Position numbers and translations under genes: made by a program. Source: Candidatus Methanoperedenaceae archaeon (GTDB taxonomy: Archaea; Halobacteriota; Methanosarcinia; Methanosarcinales; Methanoperedenaceae). Taken from it: DNA of 64,000 bases. The notes beneath the pieces are model-generated. The model ran no database searches and was not told the DNA's origin. It was given only the letters and a program-made list of their open reading frames with translations. How positions within the stretch are numbered: the first letter of the stretch is position 1; every line of letters starts with the position of its first letter. Location: positions 118,424 to 182,423 of the forward strand of contig CAVWCX010000007.1 of assembly GCA_963753595.1 (NCBI GenBank). The letters run 5' to 3'. This document shows, piece by piece, positions 1-9,390 of the stretch.

Positions 1-708
1 TCCTAAAGCAGAGCATGCTTCTGCTGCAATGGCATACTTTCCCGCAATGTCATCACCGCATAATTGCACGACTGGAAGCGCTGAAGTGCTTGCAGCCTGC
101 GACCACACCATGGCGAAGCGCTCTGCCAGCGAATGGTACGATGGCAAAAGGTCAATTGAAACATGCAATGGTTCGATGATACCGGCAAGCCTCTCATCAA
201 GATACTGCACCCCTGTAAGATAGTGCAGCACACGTTCATCTATGCGAAGCGGACTCTGTGTCAGAGTGTCTCCATTTCCTGTTTCTATCAGGCGCCAGCG
301 GCGAAGAGGTGACGATGGCGTAAGGGCGCTCCAGTGCGCCCCAGGCAGTGCAGCAAGCGCAAGGCTGAATGTAGGATAATTTCGCCGCGGGTCACCCTGA
401 GCCGCAGCACACAGAGAACCGAAGGTGGAGTCCAGTTCTATACCAGCGCACAGCAGCAGGATATCGCGCTCAAATGAAGACAGGGCGAATATCGCACACA
501 GGGTATCAAGCGCCGGCGGGGAAGGCATTGCTGATGCTGCCTCCAGCAATGTCTTTTCCGACTCTTTAATTTTTACATCCGTATCTTTTTCAGGATTACC
601 CATGGAGTTCGCAGTGCGGGATTCCAGCGATTCGCGCTCAAGCACAAGTGCTGACATCAGGTAGCGTTTGTTTGCCTCATACCAGTTTACAGGTTCATGG
701 GAACTCAT
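1..708 (-). CDS. eCIS-associated AAA ATPase (Afp15-like), N-terminal part; runs off window edge
   Basis: Not in ORF track. Manual translation from ATG 708 (ATGA overlap with the DUF4255 stop) gives MSSHEPVNWYEANKRYL...FALSSFERDILLLCAGIELD...PTFSLALAALPGAHWSALTPSSPLRRWRLIE...LRIDERVLHYL, typical of the N-terminus of CIS ATPases. The Walker motifs lie outside the window. Confidence 0.8.
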   Translation of the reverse strand, partial: MSSHEPVNWYEANKRYLMSALVLERESLESRTANSMGNPEKDTDVKIKESEKTLLEAASAMPSPPALDTLCAIFALSSFERDILLLCAGIELDSTFGSLCAAAQGDPRRNYPTFSLALAALPGAHWSALTPSSPLRRWRLIETGNGDTLTQSPLRIDERVLHYLTGVQYLDERLAGIIEPLHVSIDLLPSYHSLAERFAMVWSQAASTSALPVVQLCGDDIAGKYAIAAEACSALG

Positions 709-1952
709 GGTATTTTCACCTTTGGGTTGGTGTACTGGTTATAAGTCGGGCTGCTCTCATTGGTATCAGTAATAAGCTGACTCTGCGCACCGTCCACCTG
801 TACACGCACAAGATAATCGGAAGCCTTCACACCGCTGACAGAGATTTCAATTGTGGATTTATCTTTATCGCGCGATTTATCAACGAAGGTGTATGACGCT
901 GCATCACCGCCAGATATCTTATTCAATAGCAAGACCACACGCTGGTTCTTGCCGATTATCGGGTTGATTATTATTGTCAACAATGCCGAGCGCAGGGCGG
1001 TGCCCGTCCCTTTAAGATTGGATATCGTGACTTTAGTAATTGATGGATGCAGCACAAAGGCTACCAGATTTGACTCTACACCTTTATGCGGAACAGGCGG
1101 CGTGCCCATAAGTATCTGGTGTATTACCTGTAAACCCTGCACGCCTGCTTGCAGGCCGACCGGAAGCGGTATCGTAATTTGCCCCTCGTTTGTATCTGTA
1201 GGCGTTATTTCGATCCCGTTAACTCTTGCCAGCGTAATATCCCCCCGCAGCTTTTTGCCTTTGATAATCAGCGTGCTACCTTCAACAATGGGCATATCGG
1301 CACCTTTCGATGAAATGACCTGTTCAACAACCGGCTGGTGAAAAGGTACAACGTAGAGGTTGCGTTCGCGTACTGGAAGAGTGCTCTGGGGAGATTCATC
1401 GCTTTCTATCAATACGACCGTGGCAGTGTAGGCTAAAGATAAGCGATATGGAGTCTGGAAAAAGACTGACCAGAGCTTGGATAGCTCCTCCAGGGATAAG
1501 TGAACAGGAGTAAATTTAATAGTTTCAAATGCGTCTGCGAGGTTGGAGCCTTTCAGGATATTGTTATAAAGAGTGTCAATTATTGTATCCTTAATCATCT
1601 GGCGCGTAAGAACGGGTCTGGCATGTAGAGTGCGAACGGCACTACCCAGCAGTCTCTGCGTTTCCAGATTTAAATCATCGCCATAGAACGTCAGCAAATA
1701 GTGCAGATCAAGGGCCACCTGCGGGCGTTGGACAAGCCTTCCTTCGGAGCTGCGGTCAGGCATATTGATATTACGCATCGAAGCATTCGGGGTAACCTGG
1801 TAAAGGTAAAGATTGGCACCTTTTGTCGTTATTCCGGTGCCCTCTGGCCTGACCGTTGATACTTTTGATCCGGGAACGTCTATAATCAGGGCAGCTTCTA
1901 AAGTTCTTCGAAGAGAAGCCGTTACAGTAGCTATAGCCAGAAAATTACTCAT
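705..1952 (-). CDS. DUF4255 / Pvc16-Afp16-like CIS cap protein with C-terminal Ig-like extension
   Basis: MSNFLAIATVTASL...NLYLYQVTPN...LDLHYLLTFYG...LSLEELSKLWSVF..PYRLSLAY; sits in the tail-gene operon; start moved to ATG 1952. Confidence 0.85.
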   Translation of the reverse strand: MSNFLAIATVTASLRRTLEAALIIDVPGSKVSTVRPEGTGITTKGANLYLYQVTPNASMRNINMPDRSSEGRLVQRPQVALDLHYLLTFYGDDLNLETQRLLGSAVRTLHARPVLTRQMIKDTIIDTLYNNILKGSNLADAFETIKFTPVHLSLEELSKLWSVFFQTPYRLSLAYTATVVLIESDESPQSTLPVRERNLYVVPFHQPVVEQVISSKGADMPIVEGSTLIIKGKKLRGDITLARVNGIEITPTDTNEGQITIPLPVGLQAGVQGLQVIHQILMGTPPVPHKGVESNLVAFVLHPSITKVTISNLKGTGTALRSALLTIIINPIIGKNQRVVLLLNKISGGDAASYTFVDKSRDKDKSTIEISVSGVKASDYLVRVQVDGAQSQLITDTNESSPTYNQYTNPKVKIP

Positions 1953-1957
1953 AACAA

Positions 1958-3220
1958 TCATCCATTATACTGTTTCAGGTAATCATCAAGGGAGAGAATC
2001 GGGCGCTGCTTTGGAGGAGGAGACTGCAACTGCGGTGCCTGAGGTGGTGTTACTGCCTTAACTTCTATACGGCCGATGGTTACTTTTACAATCGGTACTG
2101 TTGAAGGCGGTCTTGGTGCAACAGCATGCTGATCAATTAACATATTCCCCTTCTGCTCCAGGGTTGCATTGACATTCGGTTTATTCATTCGATCAGGATT
2201 TTGCCTGCTGGCAATTAGTGAAGGTGTATCAAGATGCGGATAATCAGCCCGATAGAAATCGGTCCCGGATGCAGGCTCACTATTCTGCAGGATATCCCCA
2301 CCGTTCTTCATGCTTGAGAAACTTTCATGTAGCAGGCTGGAATCCGATATGTGCCCAATGAGCGTCTTAGCAACAGGGTTATCTTCAATATCTATCAAAG
2401 GCTCGTTTTGCCAAGTCTCGCCTGTGTTTTTGCTGCCTGGGTGTTTGCCGGCAGATAAATTCTCATAAGGTAATTCCGGATATCTTGTAATATTATTCTC
2501 ATAAGGCAATTCCGGATATCTTGTAATATTAGTTCGGTTGTTATTTCGGTTCTTTTGTATACCCACCGGATGCGAGGGCTTAGACACCTCTAAAGAACCG
2601 GTTTCAGGGTTTTGAGGCGGTTCTTTATCAAAAATCGGATTCATCATCGAAATAGTTTTCCTGTTTTCACGGGCATCAGCAAAATCCTTATGCTCCGGTT
2701 CAACATGCACCTGAGAATCCGGTCCAGGGGAGTGAAACTGCTTTTCATATTTGACATATCCTGAAGTATCGGAATCAACCTGGTGAAGAAGTCCTTTATC
2801 ATGAGCCAGCTCAGGAATACCGTTTTGATTAAGCAGCTCAATATTATGCGGCAGCCTCGATATAGAAGTTAAGTCTTCCGGGCTTCCCCGGCCCTCTATC
2901 TGATAAGAGTGTTTCGCACCATCCTTGTCCCGGGAACCGGATTCAACATACTGAACTGGAACATGCTGGTTATCAGGAATTTTATTTAATGACTTTTTCT
3001 GTGTTGGCTGACCATTATGTTGAGACTTAATTCCGGTTTCCGGGGCACTTTCGATATATATACTTTCCTGATTGCTCACTTGTTCACTATCACTGGCTAA
3101 ATCCTGTATGTAATCACTCTCTCTCGCAGGCATCGGAGCAAATACAGAACCGATTACAGGCCGGGCTACAGGCATCAAACCATACGCCCGTTCTACTAAT
3201 CTTGAGAGAAAATCAGGCAT
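1958..3220 (-). CDS. CIS-locus low-complexity hypothetical protein
   Basis: 420 aa, disordered-looking middle, C-terminal VKVTIGRIEVKA...LSLDDYL motif common in CIS loci; coupled to neighbours. Confidence 0.7.
   Translation of the reverse strand: MPDFLSRLVERAYGLMPVARPVIGSVFAPMPARESDYIQDLASDSEQVSNQESIYIESAPETGIKSQHNGQPTQKKSLNKIPDNQHVPVQYVESGSRDKDGAKHSYQIEGRGSPEDLTSISRLPHNIELLNQNGIPELAHDKGLLHQVDSDTSGYVKYEKQFHSPGPDSQVHVEPEHKDFADARENRKTISMMNPIFDKEPPQNPETGSLEVSKPSHPVGIQKNRNNNRTNITRYPELPYENNITRYPELPYENLSAGKHPGSKNTGETWQNEPLIDIEDNPVAKTLIGHISDSSLLHESFSSMKNGGDILQNSEPASGTDFYRADYPHLDTPSLIASRQNPDRMNKPNVNATLEQKGNMLIDQHAVAPRPPSTVPIVKVTIGRIEVKAVTPPQAPQLQSPPPKQRPILSLDDYLKQYNG
2459..2530. repeat. 36-bp tandem duplication (2 copies, 1 mismatch) encoding NITRYPELPYEN
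   Basis: attctcataagg(t/c)aattccggatatcttgtaatatt at 2459-2494 and 2495-2530. Confidence 0.95.
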
Positions 3221-3945
3221 CAGGTCACCATCCCGAGGTAAAACTGGCGCCGGGTATCACTCATCGACAGGATATCCGATTCACGCCAGCCATATGCCTG
3301 GGCAAGCGCATGGACATCATATAGCAATCGTCTGGCATGTGCGCTGAGTTCCGACCAGAAATAGGACACGATATCAAAAACCATCTGCCACTGATGGCCG
3401 CATTCGGGGCAATGGAGATCCAGCATGATCTCTGCCTGGGGATCGTGTTCTGCCATATGTGCTGAAAGTTCAGCCTTGACATGTGCGGATATGTCGCAGC
3501 AACCCACAGGAACCCCATCGCGAATAACCTGAAGCACACAGCGCTGTACCAGCAGGTCACTTGCTGTATCCCTTAATCCTGCAACAGCAGCAAGGTCCAG
3601 GCTGTTTGGCAAGCGATACCTTAACACGAGATTCCCATTTGTAAGCTCCAGTTCCTGTTTATTTCCAGGTAGGGGCGATAGGCGAATATCTGTTGTCTTT
3701 ATGGTGAACTCCAGACGCTCCTTACATCCCGGACATTCGGCAAAACAGTTAAGTTTTGGGCCAAAGGTCAGTTCCCTGAGCGCCAGGAGGTATGAGTCCC
3801 GCTGCCCAATACTCAACTCAGCCAGTTTATCCCTGGTCATGCCAGGGATCACGGCAAGAAGTAAGGTCAGAGCTTTGTCCATATGATGCTGGACTTGCCC
3901 CTGCTCCCATACCTTCAGAATATCGGGCGCGAACAATGGACGCAT
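3220..3945 (-). CDS. Phage baseplate/tail-assembly-like protein (T4 gp26-like, two CxxC motifs)
   Basis: CPGC and CPEC motifs; C-terminal VHALAQAYGWRESDILSM; directly after the tube gene. Confidence 0.75.
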   Translation of the reverse strand: MRPLFAPDILKVWEQGQVQHHMDKALTLLLAVIPGMTRDKLAELSIGQRDSYLLALRELTFGPKLNCFAECPGCKERLEFTIKTTDIRLSPLPGNKQELELTNGNLVLRYRLPNSLDLAAVAGLRDTASDLLVQRCVLQVIRDGVPVGCCDISAHVKAELSAHMAEHDPQAEIMLDLHCPECGHQWQMVFDIVSYFWSELSAHARRLLYDVHALAQAYGWRESDILSMSDTRRQFYLGMVT

Positions 3946-3948
3946 TGT

Positions 3949-4473
3949 TTAGCTCGGTTCCAGATATGTCGGTTCTTGGGGTTCAGCCACTTCATAATCC
4001 CGTTCCCAGCCTTCGTTCTCAAGTTTAATTGTCTGTATAGCTACAGCATTTGTGCTGGCATCCAGCCCGGGCAGAGCCTGGAATTCGGAAACCCAGCAGC
4101 GATACACTTTATAAGCTATTGCGAGTTGTCCTGCCTCGTTGTAGACTTCGATTATAATGTCTTTTCGGAAGTCCTTGAGCGAGACCTCACTTCCCAATCC
4201 CGACCCATAGTTCCAGACTTTATTTGTCCACTGTTCGAATTCTTTGTCATGGGTGACACCGCGCTCCAGGGTTATGGCATCGTACTTGGTCTGCCCTGGT
4301 GATTTTCTCTCTGTGCTTGGGTCGCCTCCCTCCCGGTAGGTCACGGGAGTGTTAGTGCGCTTCAGGGCGCCAACCTTGTTTACCCCGGCTACGTAACGGC
4401 CATCCCACTTAACCCGGAACTTGAAACTCTTATACGGATCGAAACGCTGTGCATTTACACTAAACTGTGCCAT
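3949..4473 (-). CDS. Contractile tail tube protein (T4 gp19 family, Afp1/5-like)
   Basis: RFDPYKSFKFRV...YREGG...KSPGQTKYDAITLERG...VAIQTIKLENEGW. Confidence 0.95.
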   Translation of the reverse strand: MAQFSVNAQRFDPYKSFKFRVKWDGRYVAGVNKVGALKRTNTPVTYREGGDPSTERKSPGQTKYDAITLERGVTHDKEFEQWTNKVWNYGSGLGSEVSLKDFRKDIIIEVYNEAGQLAIAYKVYRCWVSEFQALPGLDASTNAVAIQTIKLENEGWERDYEVAEPQEPTYLEPS

Positions 4474-4485
4474 ATTTTTTCCTCC

Positions 4486-6750
4486 TTATGTCTGTATGTT
4501 ACCGGCTATTTGCTGAATCTGGATGATTACAAACTCTGCCGGTTTAAGCGGGGCAAAACCCACCACGATGTTGACAATACCTTTGTTGATATCATCCTGA
4601 GTTGTTGTCTCTTTATCGCATTTTACGAAGTACGCCTCTTTTGGCGTTTGTCCCTGGAAAGCGCCCTGGCGGAAGAGCGAGTGCATGAAAGCCCCCAGAT
4701 TCAGGCGGATCTGTGACCAGAGGGGCTCATCGTTTGGCTCGAACACCACCCATTTTGTGCCCCTGAACAGGCTTTCCTCAATGAAAAGAGCCAGCCGTCG
4801 TATAGGGATATACTTGTACTCCGATGCCATCTGGTCCGCACCGCGCAATGTACGGGCGCCCCAGGCAACTGCGCCGAAGACCGGAAAGATGCGTATACAG
4901 TTGGAGCCGAGTGGGTTAAGCGTCCCGTTCTCCATATCGGTTAATTGATATTTAACGTCCTTTACTCCAACCAACGTGGCATCCGTGCCTGCAGGAGCTT
5001 TCCATACCCCGCGTGAGCTGTCCATACGTGCATACAACCCCGCGACCGTGCCGCTTGGCGGGCATAAACGTACTTTGCCACCCTTTAATGGGTCAGCTAT
5101 CCCGATCCATGGGTAGTAGACTGCTGCATGATCCGATTTCGGAAGTGCCGTGCCTGAGATAACACTGACCATTTCTGTTGGATTCTTCGTAATAAGGGGT
5201 GCATCGATAATCATGAATGCACGCCGCTCCTGGCAATATGAGACGGCATCAGCCAAAATACCGCTGTCAGTGACCCCTGGAAGGCAGAGCAGGTTGAATA
5301 TATCAACCTCTTCCAGGGCGTAGATACCATCGCGGTCTGCCCGGCTGGCAATGTATATATTATACGCCTCGGCATCGGTAAAGGATTCTTCATTACCGTC
5401 CGCCAGTGTTAAATTCGTCGCATTTGTTCCACCTAATAGAAGTTTTAATCCTTTAGCCAGACCGTCACCCGTGACCTCATTAACCATTACTGTTGAACCT
5501 GTCCCCGTGCTTCCTGAAGACAGTATCAATTTTGATGCAGAGGAAACGGTACAGGTGAAATTCATGTAACTGGGATTGGATGTTTTAAGTGCACATACAC
5601 TAGTCTGGATACGCTTTGCTATATCCTGCAGGTTAGCTGCTGATGTTGTACTTATATCAACTGCATCAGGACCGTAGCCGTCTATGCTTATGTAGAAGCT
5701 TCGGTTGCCGAGACTGGGCAGCCCAGGAGGTCCGGTCAGATCAGTGGCACTCAATACGCCGCTGGTCAGAGTTCCATGATCAGGGACTTCCACAGGTCTG
5801 ATCACCGAAACTGCATCAGTCTCTTGTCCACCATTTACGGTTCCAAGCTTTAACCTGCCTGCAGCATCGTTTCGTATGCCTGCTAGCACACGCACACTGG
5901 ATGCCTCTTTCCCTTCGCCTGAAGTCATTATAATACGATTTTTATCTGTATTGGGGACACAAGTAAATAGGGACTGGGCGGGATTTCCATTAGCTATACC
6001 CGCATCCCTCACTTTCTTCTGGATCGCACTGCAGAGCTTGGTTAGCTTGGCAGCCGGATCCCCTGCTACATCAGTCGGCAGGGTGATTTGCACGCTTATA
6101 GGTTCTGAGCGATTGACCGATATAAGCAACTGGTTGTGAGTAGCATCCAGTAATGGTTTACTCAGTGTTGGATCCAGATCACCGATTTCGCCGCTTATGC
6201 TTGTTCCATTGCCCAGGCCCGCCAGATCATGAACCCGTTCAACTTCTACCAACCGCGAAGCACCCTTCAAAATGTCACCAACGTAACGCGCATCTTTACT
6301 GTTCATCGAGAGATCAAGATACGTCTCATCGCCAACAGCGAGGTTGAATGTACTGGCAGGATTAGCGGTTTTGTAATCTACCCGAACTTCAATATCATTA
6401 CCTGTTTTACCCTCGTCCAGGGCTGTTATCTTAAGCACATCTTTACCGGTACTGTTTTGCAGAGTTTTTGTGGCTGCAACTGCATTCTTAGCTACTCTCA
6501 CAACCCAGGCATCGCTTCCGCCGTTGGAAAAAAACTGGCGCACTGCATAGCTCATCTCCGAATCCTCAAATAAACCTCCAAAACGGCGTTCAAAGTCGCT
6601 GTAGCTCAGGATATGGATCGCTTTATTTATCGGACCTCTCTTAGCTGATCCGGCAAAGGCTGTTACCGAGGTGCTGACCCCCACAATAGTCCGCACACCA
6701 CTGGGAATTTCCTGGACATATACTCCTGGATAGGTTGGATTAATTGGCAT
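4486..6750 (-). CDS. Contractile tail sheath protein (Afp2/3/4-like)
   Basis: YPGVYVQEIPSG N-terminus; RGVWKAPAG, WGARTL, WVVFEPNDEPLW, VGFAPLKPAEFV; RBS GGAGG. Confidence 0.95.
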   Translation of the reverse strand: MPINPTYPGVYVQEIPSGVRTIVGVSTSVTAFAGSAKRGPINKAIHILSYSDFERRFGGLFEDSEMSYAVRQFFSNGGSDAWVVRVAKNAVAATKTLQNSTGKDVLKITALDEGKTGNDIEVRVDYKTANPASTFNLAVGDETYLDLSMNSKDARYVGDILKGASRLVEVERVHDLAGLGNGTSISGEIGDLDPTLSKPLLDATHNQLLISVNRSEPISVQITLPTDVAGDPAAKLTKLCSAIQKKVRDAGIANGNPAQSLFTCVPNTDKNRIIMTSGEGKEASSVRVLAGIRNDAAGRLKLGTVNGGQETDAVSVIRPVEVPDHGTLTSGVLSATDLTGPPGLPSLGNRSFYISIDGYGPDAVDISTTSAANLQDIAKRIQTSVCALKTSNPSYMNFTCTVSSASKLILSSGSTGTGSTVMVNEVTGDGLAKGLKLLLGGTNATNLTLADGNEESFTDAEAYNIYIASRADRDGIYALEEVDIFNLLCLPGVTDSGILADAVSYCQERRAFMIIDAPLITKNPTEMVSVISGTALPKSDHAAVYYPWIGIADPLKGGKVRLCPPSGTVAGLYARMDSSRGVWKAPAGTDATLVGVKDVKYQLTDMENGTLNPLGSNCIRIFPVFGAVAWGARTLRGADQMASEYKYIPIRRLALFIEESLFRGTKWVVFEPNDEPLWSQIRLNLGAFMHSLFRQGAFQGQTPKEAYFVKCDKETTTQDDINKGIVNIVVGFAPLKPAEFVIIQIQQIAGNIQT

Positions 6751-6763
6751 TTCAAATCCTCCT

Positions 6764-6877
6764 CTATATTATAGCATCCGGTTCATTTTTGTCTTCAACT
6801 GTCATTGTTCGGATTGCCGGAATTCCCAGCATTCCAGGGACGTTGATATACAGCGCCCATTTCATCATTTTCTTCAT
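6764..6877 (-). CDS. 37-aa microprotein upstream of sheath
   Basis: Manual: MKKMMKWALYINVPGMLGIPAIRTMTVEDKNEPDAII; RBS GGAGGT; ends 13 bp before the sheath ATG. Confidence 0.5.
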   Translation of the reverse strand: MKKMMKWALYINVPGMLGIPAIRTMTVEDKNEPDAII

Positions 6878-6920
6878 ATTTTTACCTCCGTTTGATAATC
6901 CATAGAATTTCTATTCTGTT

Positions 6921-7232
6921 TCAAAGTCTTTTAAACGCCTCAAGTAGTATCTCGCGATCTGACAAAATCCCCCTCGACTTCAACCGGTCAACCTCCAGGA
7001 GAAGTTTCTCAGCATCCTGGCTATCAAGTTTATTCTTTTCAGCAAATCTCTTTGTCAATACTTTCAGTTCTATTCTGGAAGAATACTTCTTGGGAATCGT
7101 ATCATCAATAAAATTGAATATATGCCCGCATTTATGATGCCCTATCGTTGAAGTTGACGGACCTGCGGAAGTTCTTATGTAATCCCTGAAAGTATCACCT
7201 TTGATAATCTCTCCACACTCGCATATTAACGT
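6921..7232 (-). CDS. 103-aa hypothetical protein with Cys/His motifs, probable ACG start
   Basis: Manual: (M)LICECGEIIKGDTFRDYIRTSAGPSTSTIGHHKCGHIFNFIDD...LLEAFKRL; RBS GGTGGTG 5 nt before ACG; no ATG/GTG/TTG at the N-terminus. Confidence 0.6.
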   Translation of the reverse strand, partial: TLICECGEIIKGDTFRDYIRTSAGPSTSTIGHHKCGHIFNFIDDTIPKKYSSRIELKVLTKRFAEKNKLDSQDAEKLLLEVDRLKSRGILSDREILLEAFKRL

Positions 7233-7761
7233 TTTAACACCACCATTTTATTTTTAAAATTTTAAAAAAAACATTACAGTATCAACTATCCACAAGGAGT
7301 TTCATCGCCCTGCTGCTCACTCCTTATTAATAATTATGATTATCTCATATAGATGCTCATATATATGTATTGTGATTGTTTATTGTTGGGCTATCTATCT
7401 CTCCGGCCGGCAAAATGATTTTTCTGGCTGTCCCTTTACAATCTGTTTTGGGTCTGATCTTAAACATCACTTTTTGCCGCTTTCTTCTACGCTTCCTTCT
7501 GAAACCATCCGGAATTCCCATCAATCACGACCAGCCCTGATTATCACCGAACCATATCCTGATTTTCAGGGTTTCATGGGTTACAAAATTGGAAAAGAAT
7601 AACTATGAATCGTATTTTATAGGCATCTGAAAAATTTCAAAATTTTGCGCTTAAATTTATATTCAATTCGGGCCAATTTATCTTTTTTGTATTGAAAAAC
7701 TTTATCACAGCCGAAAGATTTAAAATATAGAAAGAATAGGTTTAGTAGGAGGTGAAAAAAA

Positions 7762-7899
7762 ATGGTTGGACTCGAAAGCTCAATGGATAATGCAACGGCA
7801 GCGAAAAAGGTAAAAGCAAAAGAAGATCCTGCTGAGAAAAAGAGATTAGACGATTTTAATGCAAAACTGAGATCTCGCAAGGCACCTCAGCCGAAATAA
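7762..7899 (+). CDS. 45-aa basic microprotein
   Basis: Manual: MVGLESSMDNATAAKKVKAKEDPAEKKRLDDFNAKLRSRKAPQPK; very strong RBS AGGAGGTGA. Confidence 0.7.
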   Translation: MVGLESSMDNATAAKKVKAKEDPAEKKRLDDFNAKLRSRKAPQPK

Positions 7900-8133
7900 G
7901 AGTATTGTTGCATAAACAACAATTCTCATATTCCTGCAGACATCAGGACGGCGCTTTTTGGCCTTACTCTTTGCATGTTGCCGGCGCATAATGGTGTCTG
8001 AAGGTTCTTTTTTGTCATCAAAAATAACATCTATAGCTATTTTTTGGATTTATCTATTCTTTGAATTTATATTAATAGTTTGTTTGGTCAATGAGTTTGA
8101 TCGAAATATAAGATAGATTCTTAAATCAATAGA

Positions 8134-8550
8134 TTGTTAATCAGACCAATGATTCTTGATTACAAAGATATTGCAGACTATATCATTAATAATTACAAGA
8201 ATAAAGTCGTGGAAGTGGGAGTCGGAAGCCTTCCCCAGGTCGCTCTTCTCCTGAAGGATAAATTGGACGTAGTTGTCACGGATATCAATGAGCAGAAGTA
8301 TGCGGGAGTAAGATTTTGCAGGGATGATATCTTCAAACCTGATATGGGAATATACAGGAATGCATCCCTTATTTATGCTATCAGGCCTCCCATTGACCTC
8401 CAGGATGCGATCGCGGCGATTGCCAGGGAAGTTGAGGCTGACCTTATCATTCGTCCATTCGGGAGCGAAAAAGCTGATTTGATAAAATATTTTAAAGAAT
8501 ATTCTCTTGTGAATTATAAAAAGGCAAGATTTTATTTGTACAGGTCTTAG
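8134..8550 (+). CDS. UPF0146 family protein
   Basis: KVVEVGVG, DDIFKPD, LIYAIRPP motifs; true start may be ATG 8149. Confidence 0.85.
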   Translation: MLIRPMILDYKDIADYIINNYKNKVVEVGVGSLPQVALLLKDKLDVVVTDINEQKYAGVRFCRDDIFKPDMGIYRNASLIYAIRPPIDLQDAIAAIAREVEADLIIRPFGSEKADLIKYFKEYSLVNYKKARFYLYRS

Positions 8551-8592
8551 GTTTTAATCGTTTTTTGAAGGTCTTAAAAAGAAGTTTGCTTG

Positions 8593-9390
8593 CTAATTCT
8601 TTCTTACTTTAAAAACATATATTATTACTATAAATACAATCCCGATCCCGATAATATTCCAGTTTCTTATTTTATTAGAAATACCAGATGCCGGTTTTGT
8701 AATATTTTCATTTAATCCAGGAGAAGAATTTTCGGTTATATTGCCCTCAGGAGCAGTTTCTTTGTATGATTCATTCTTTGTTATATTGATCGTTATTTCT
8801 CCCCTTTTATCAGATAAATTAGAGAAAAAACCTGTGACCTCAGCATGCGAATCGATATTTTTATTTTCAATATTCATGCCTGAAATATCCACAATATCGA
8901 TACCCTGTGGCAGAATTATTGTTACGGGGGATTTTGGTTCTCCGAGGAACCAGATGCTACTGCCGTTATAAATACTATCGTTCAGCCTGTAATGTACGTT
9001 ATACCTGTTCTCGATCGTATCCGGAGTATGGGTATTTCCAATGATGGCCTGCGATAATGAAGAATCAACATCCATCATTTCTATACCCGAAGTCTCATTA
9101 TTTATCCTGATATCAAGTTCATTTTCTATAGAGCTTTTGAACCTTTGGCGCGATTCCTGATCCGCTTTAAGGACTTCCCATGCATTAACAAAACTGTCAT
9201 TATCCCCGATCCCCGTGTCAATGCTTATCTTATATCCTATGGAATCCATGCCTGTATAAATCTCGGTGTAACCCCATGTGATATTATATTTGTCTACGGT
9301 TATATTATTTATCCATTGGGTTTGCGCGCCAGCCATATCTGTTAACGTAAAAAGAAGAAATATGGATAAAAATAACCGCAATATTTTCAT
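8593..9390 (-). CDS. Secreted/cell-surface protein with C-terminal membrane anchor
   Basis: Signal peptide (AGA-Q), many N-x-S/T sequons, C-terminal TM helix plus basic tail. Confidence 0.75.
   Translation of the reverse strand: MKILRLFLSIFLLFTLTDMAGAQTQWINNITVDKYNITWGYTEIYTGMDSIGYKISIDTGIGDNDSFVNAWEVLKADQESRQRFKSSIENELDIRINNETSGIEMMDVDSSLSQAIIGNTHTPDTIENRYNVHYRLNDSIYNGSSIWFLGEPKSPVTIILPQGIDIVDISGMNIENKNIDSHAEVTGFFSNLSDKRGEITINITKNESYKETAPEGNITENSSPGLNENITKPASGISNKIRNWNIIGIGIVFIVIIYVFKVRKN

Noticed and set aside
1-6750. Prophage interpretation of the tail genes
   Set aside because: No capsid, portal, terminase, integrase or replication genes in view; DUF4255 plus AAA ATPase fit eCIS better.
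7336-7602. ORF-track 88-aa plus-strand ORF and an Arg-rich 54-aa minus-strand ORF (7357-7521)
   Set aside because: No recognisable motif and no convincing RBS; I cannot support either as a gene.
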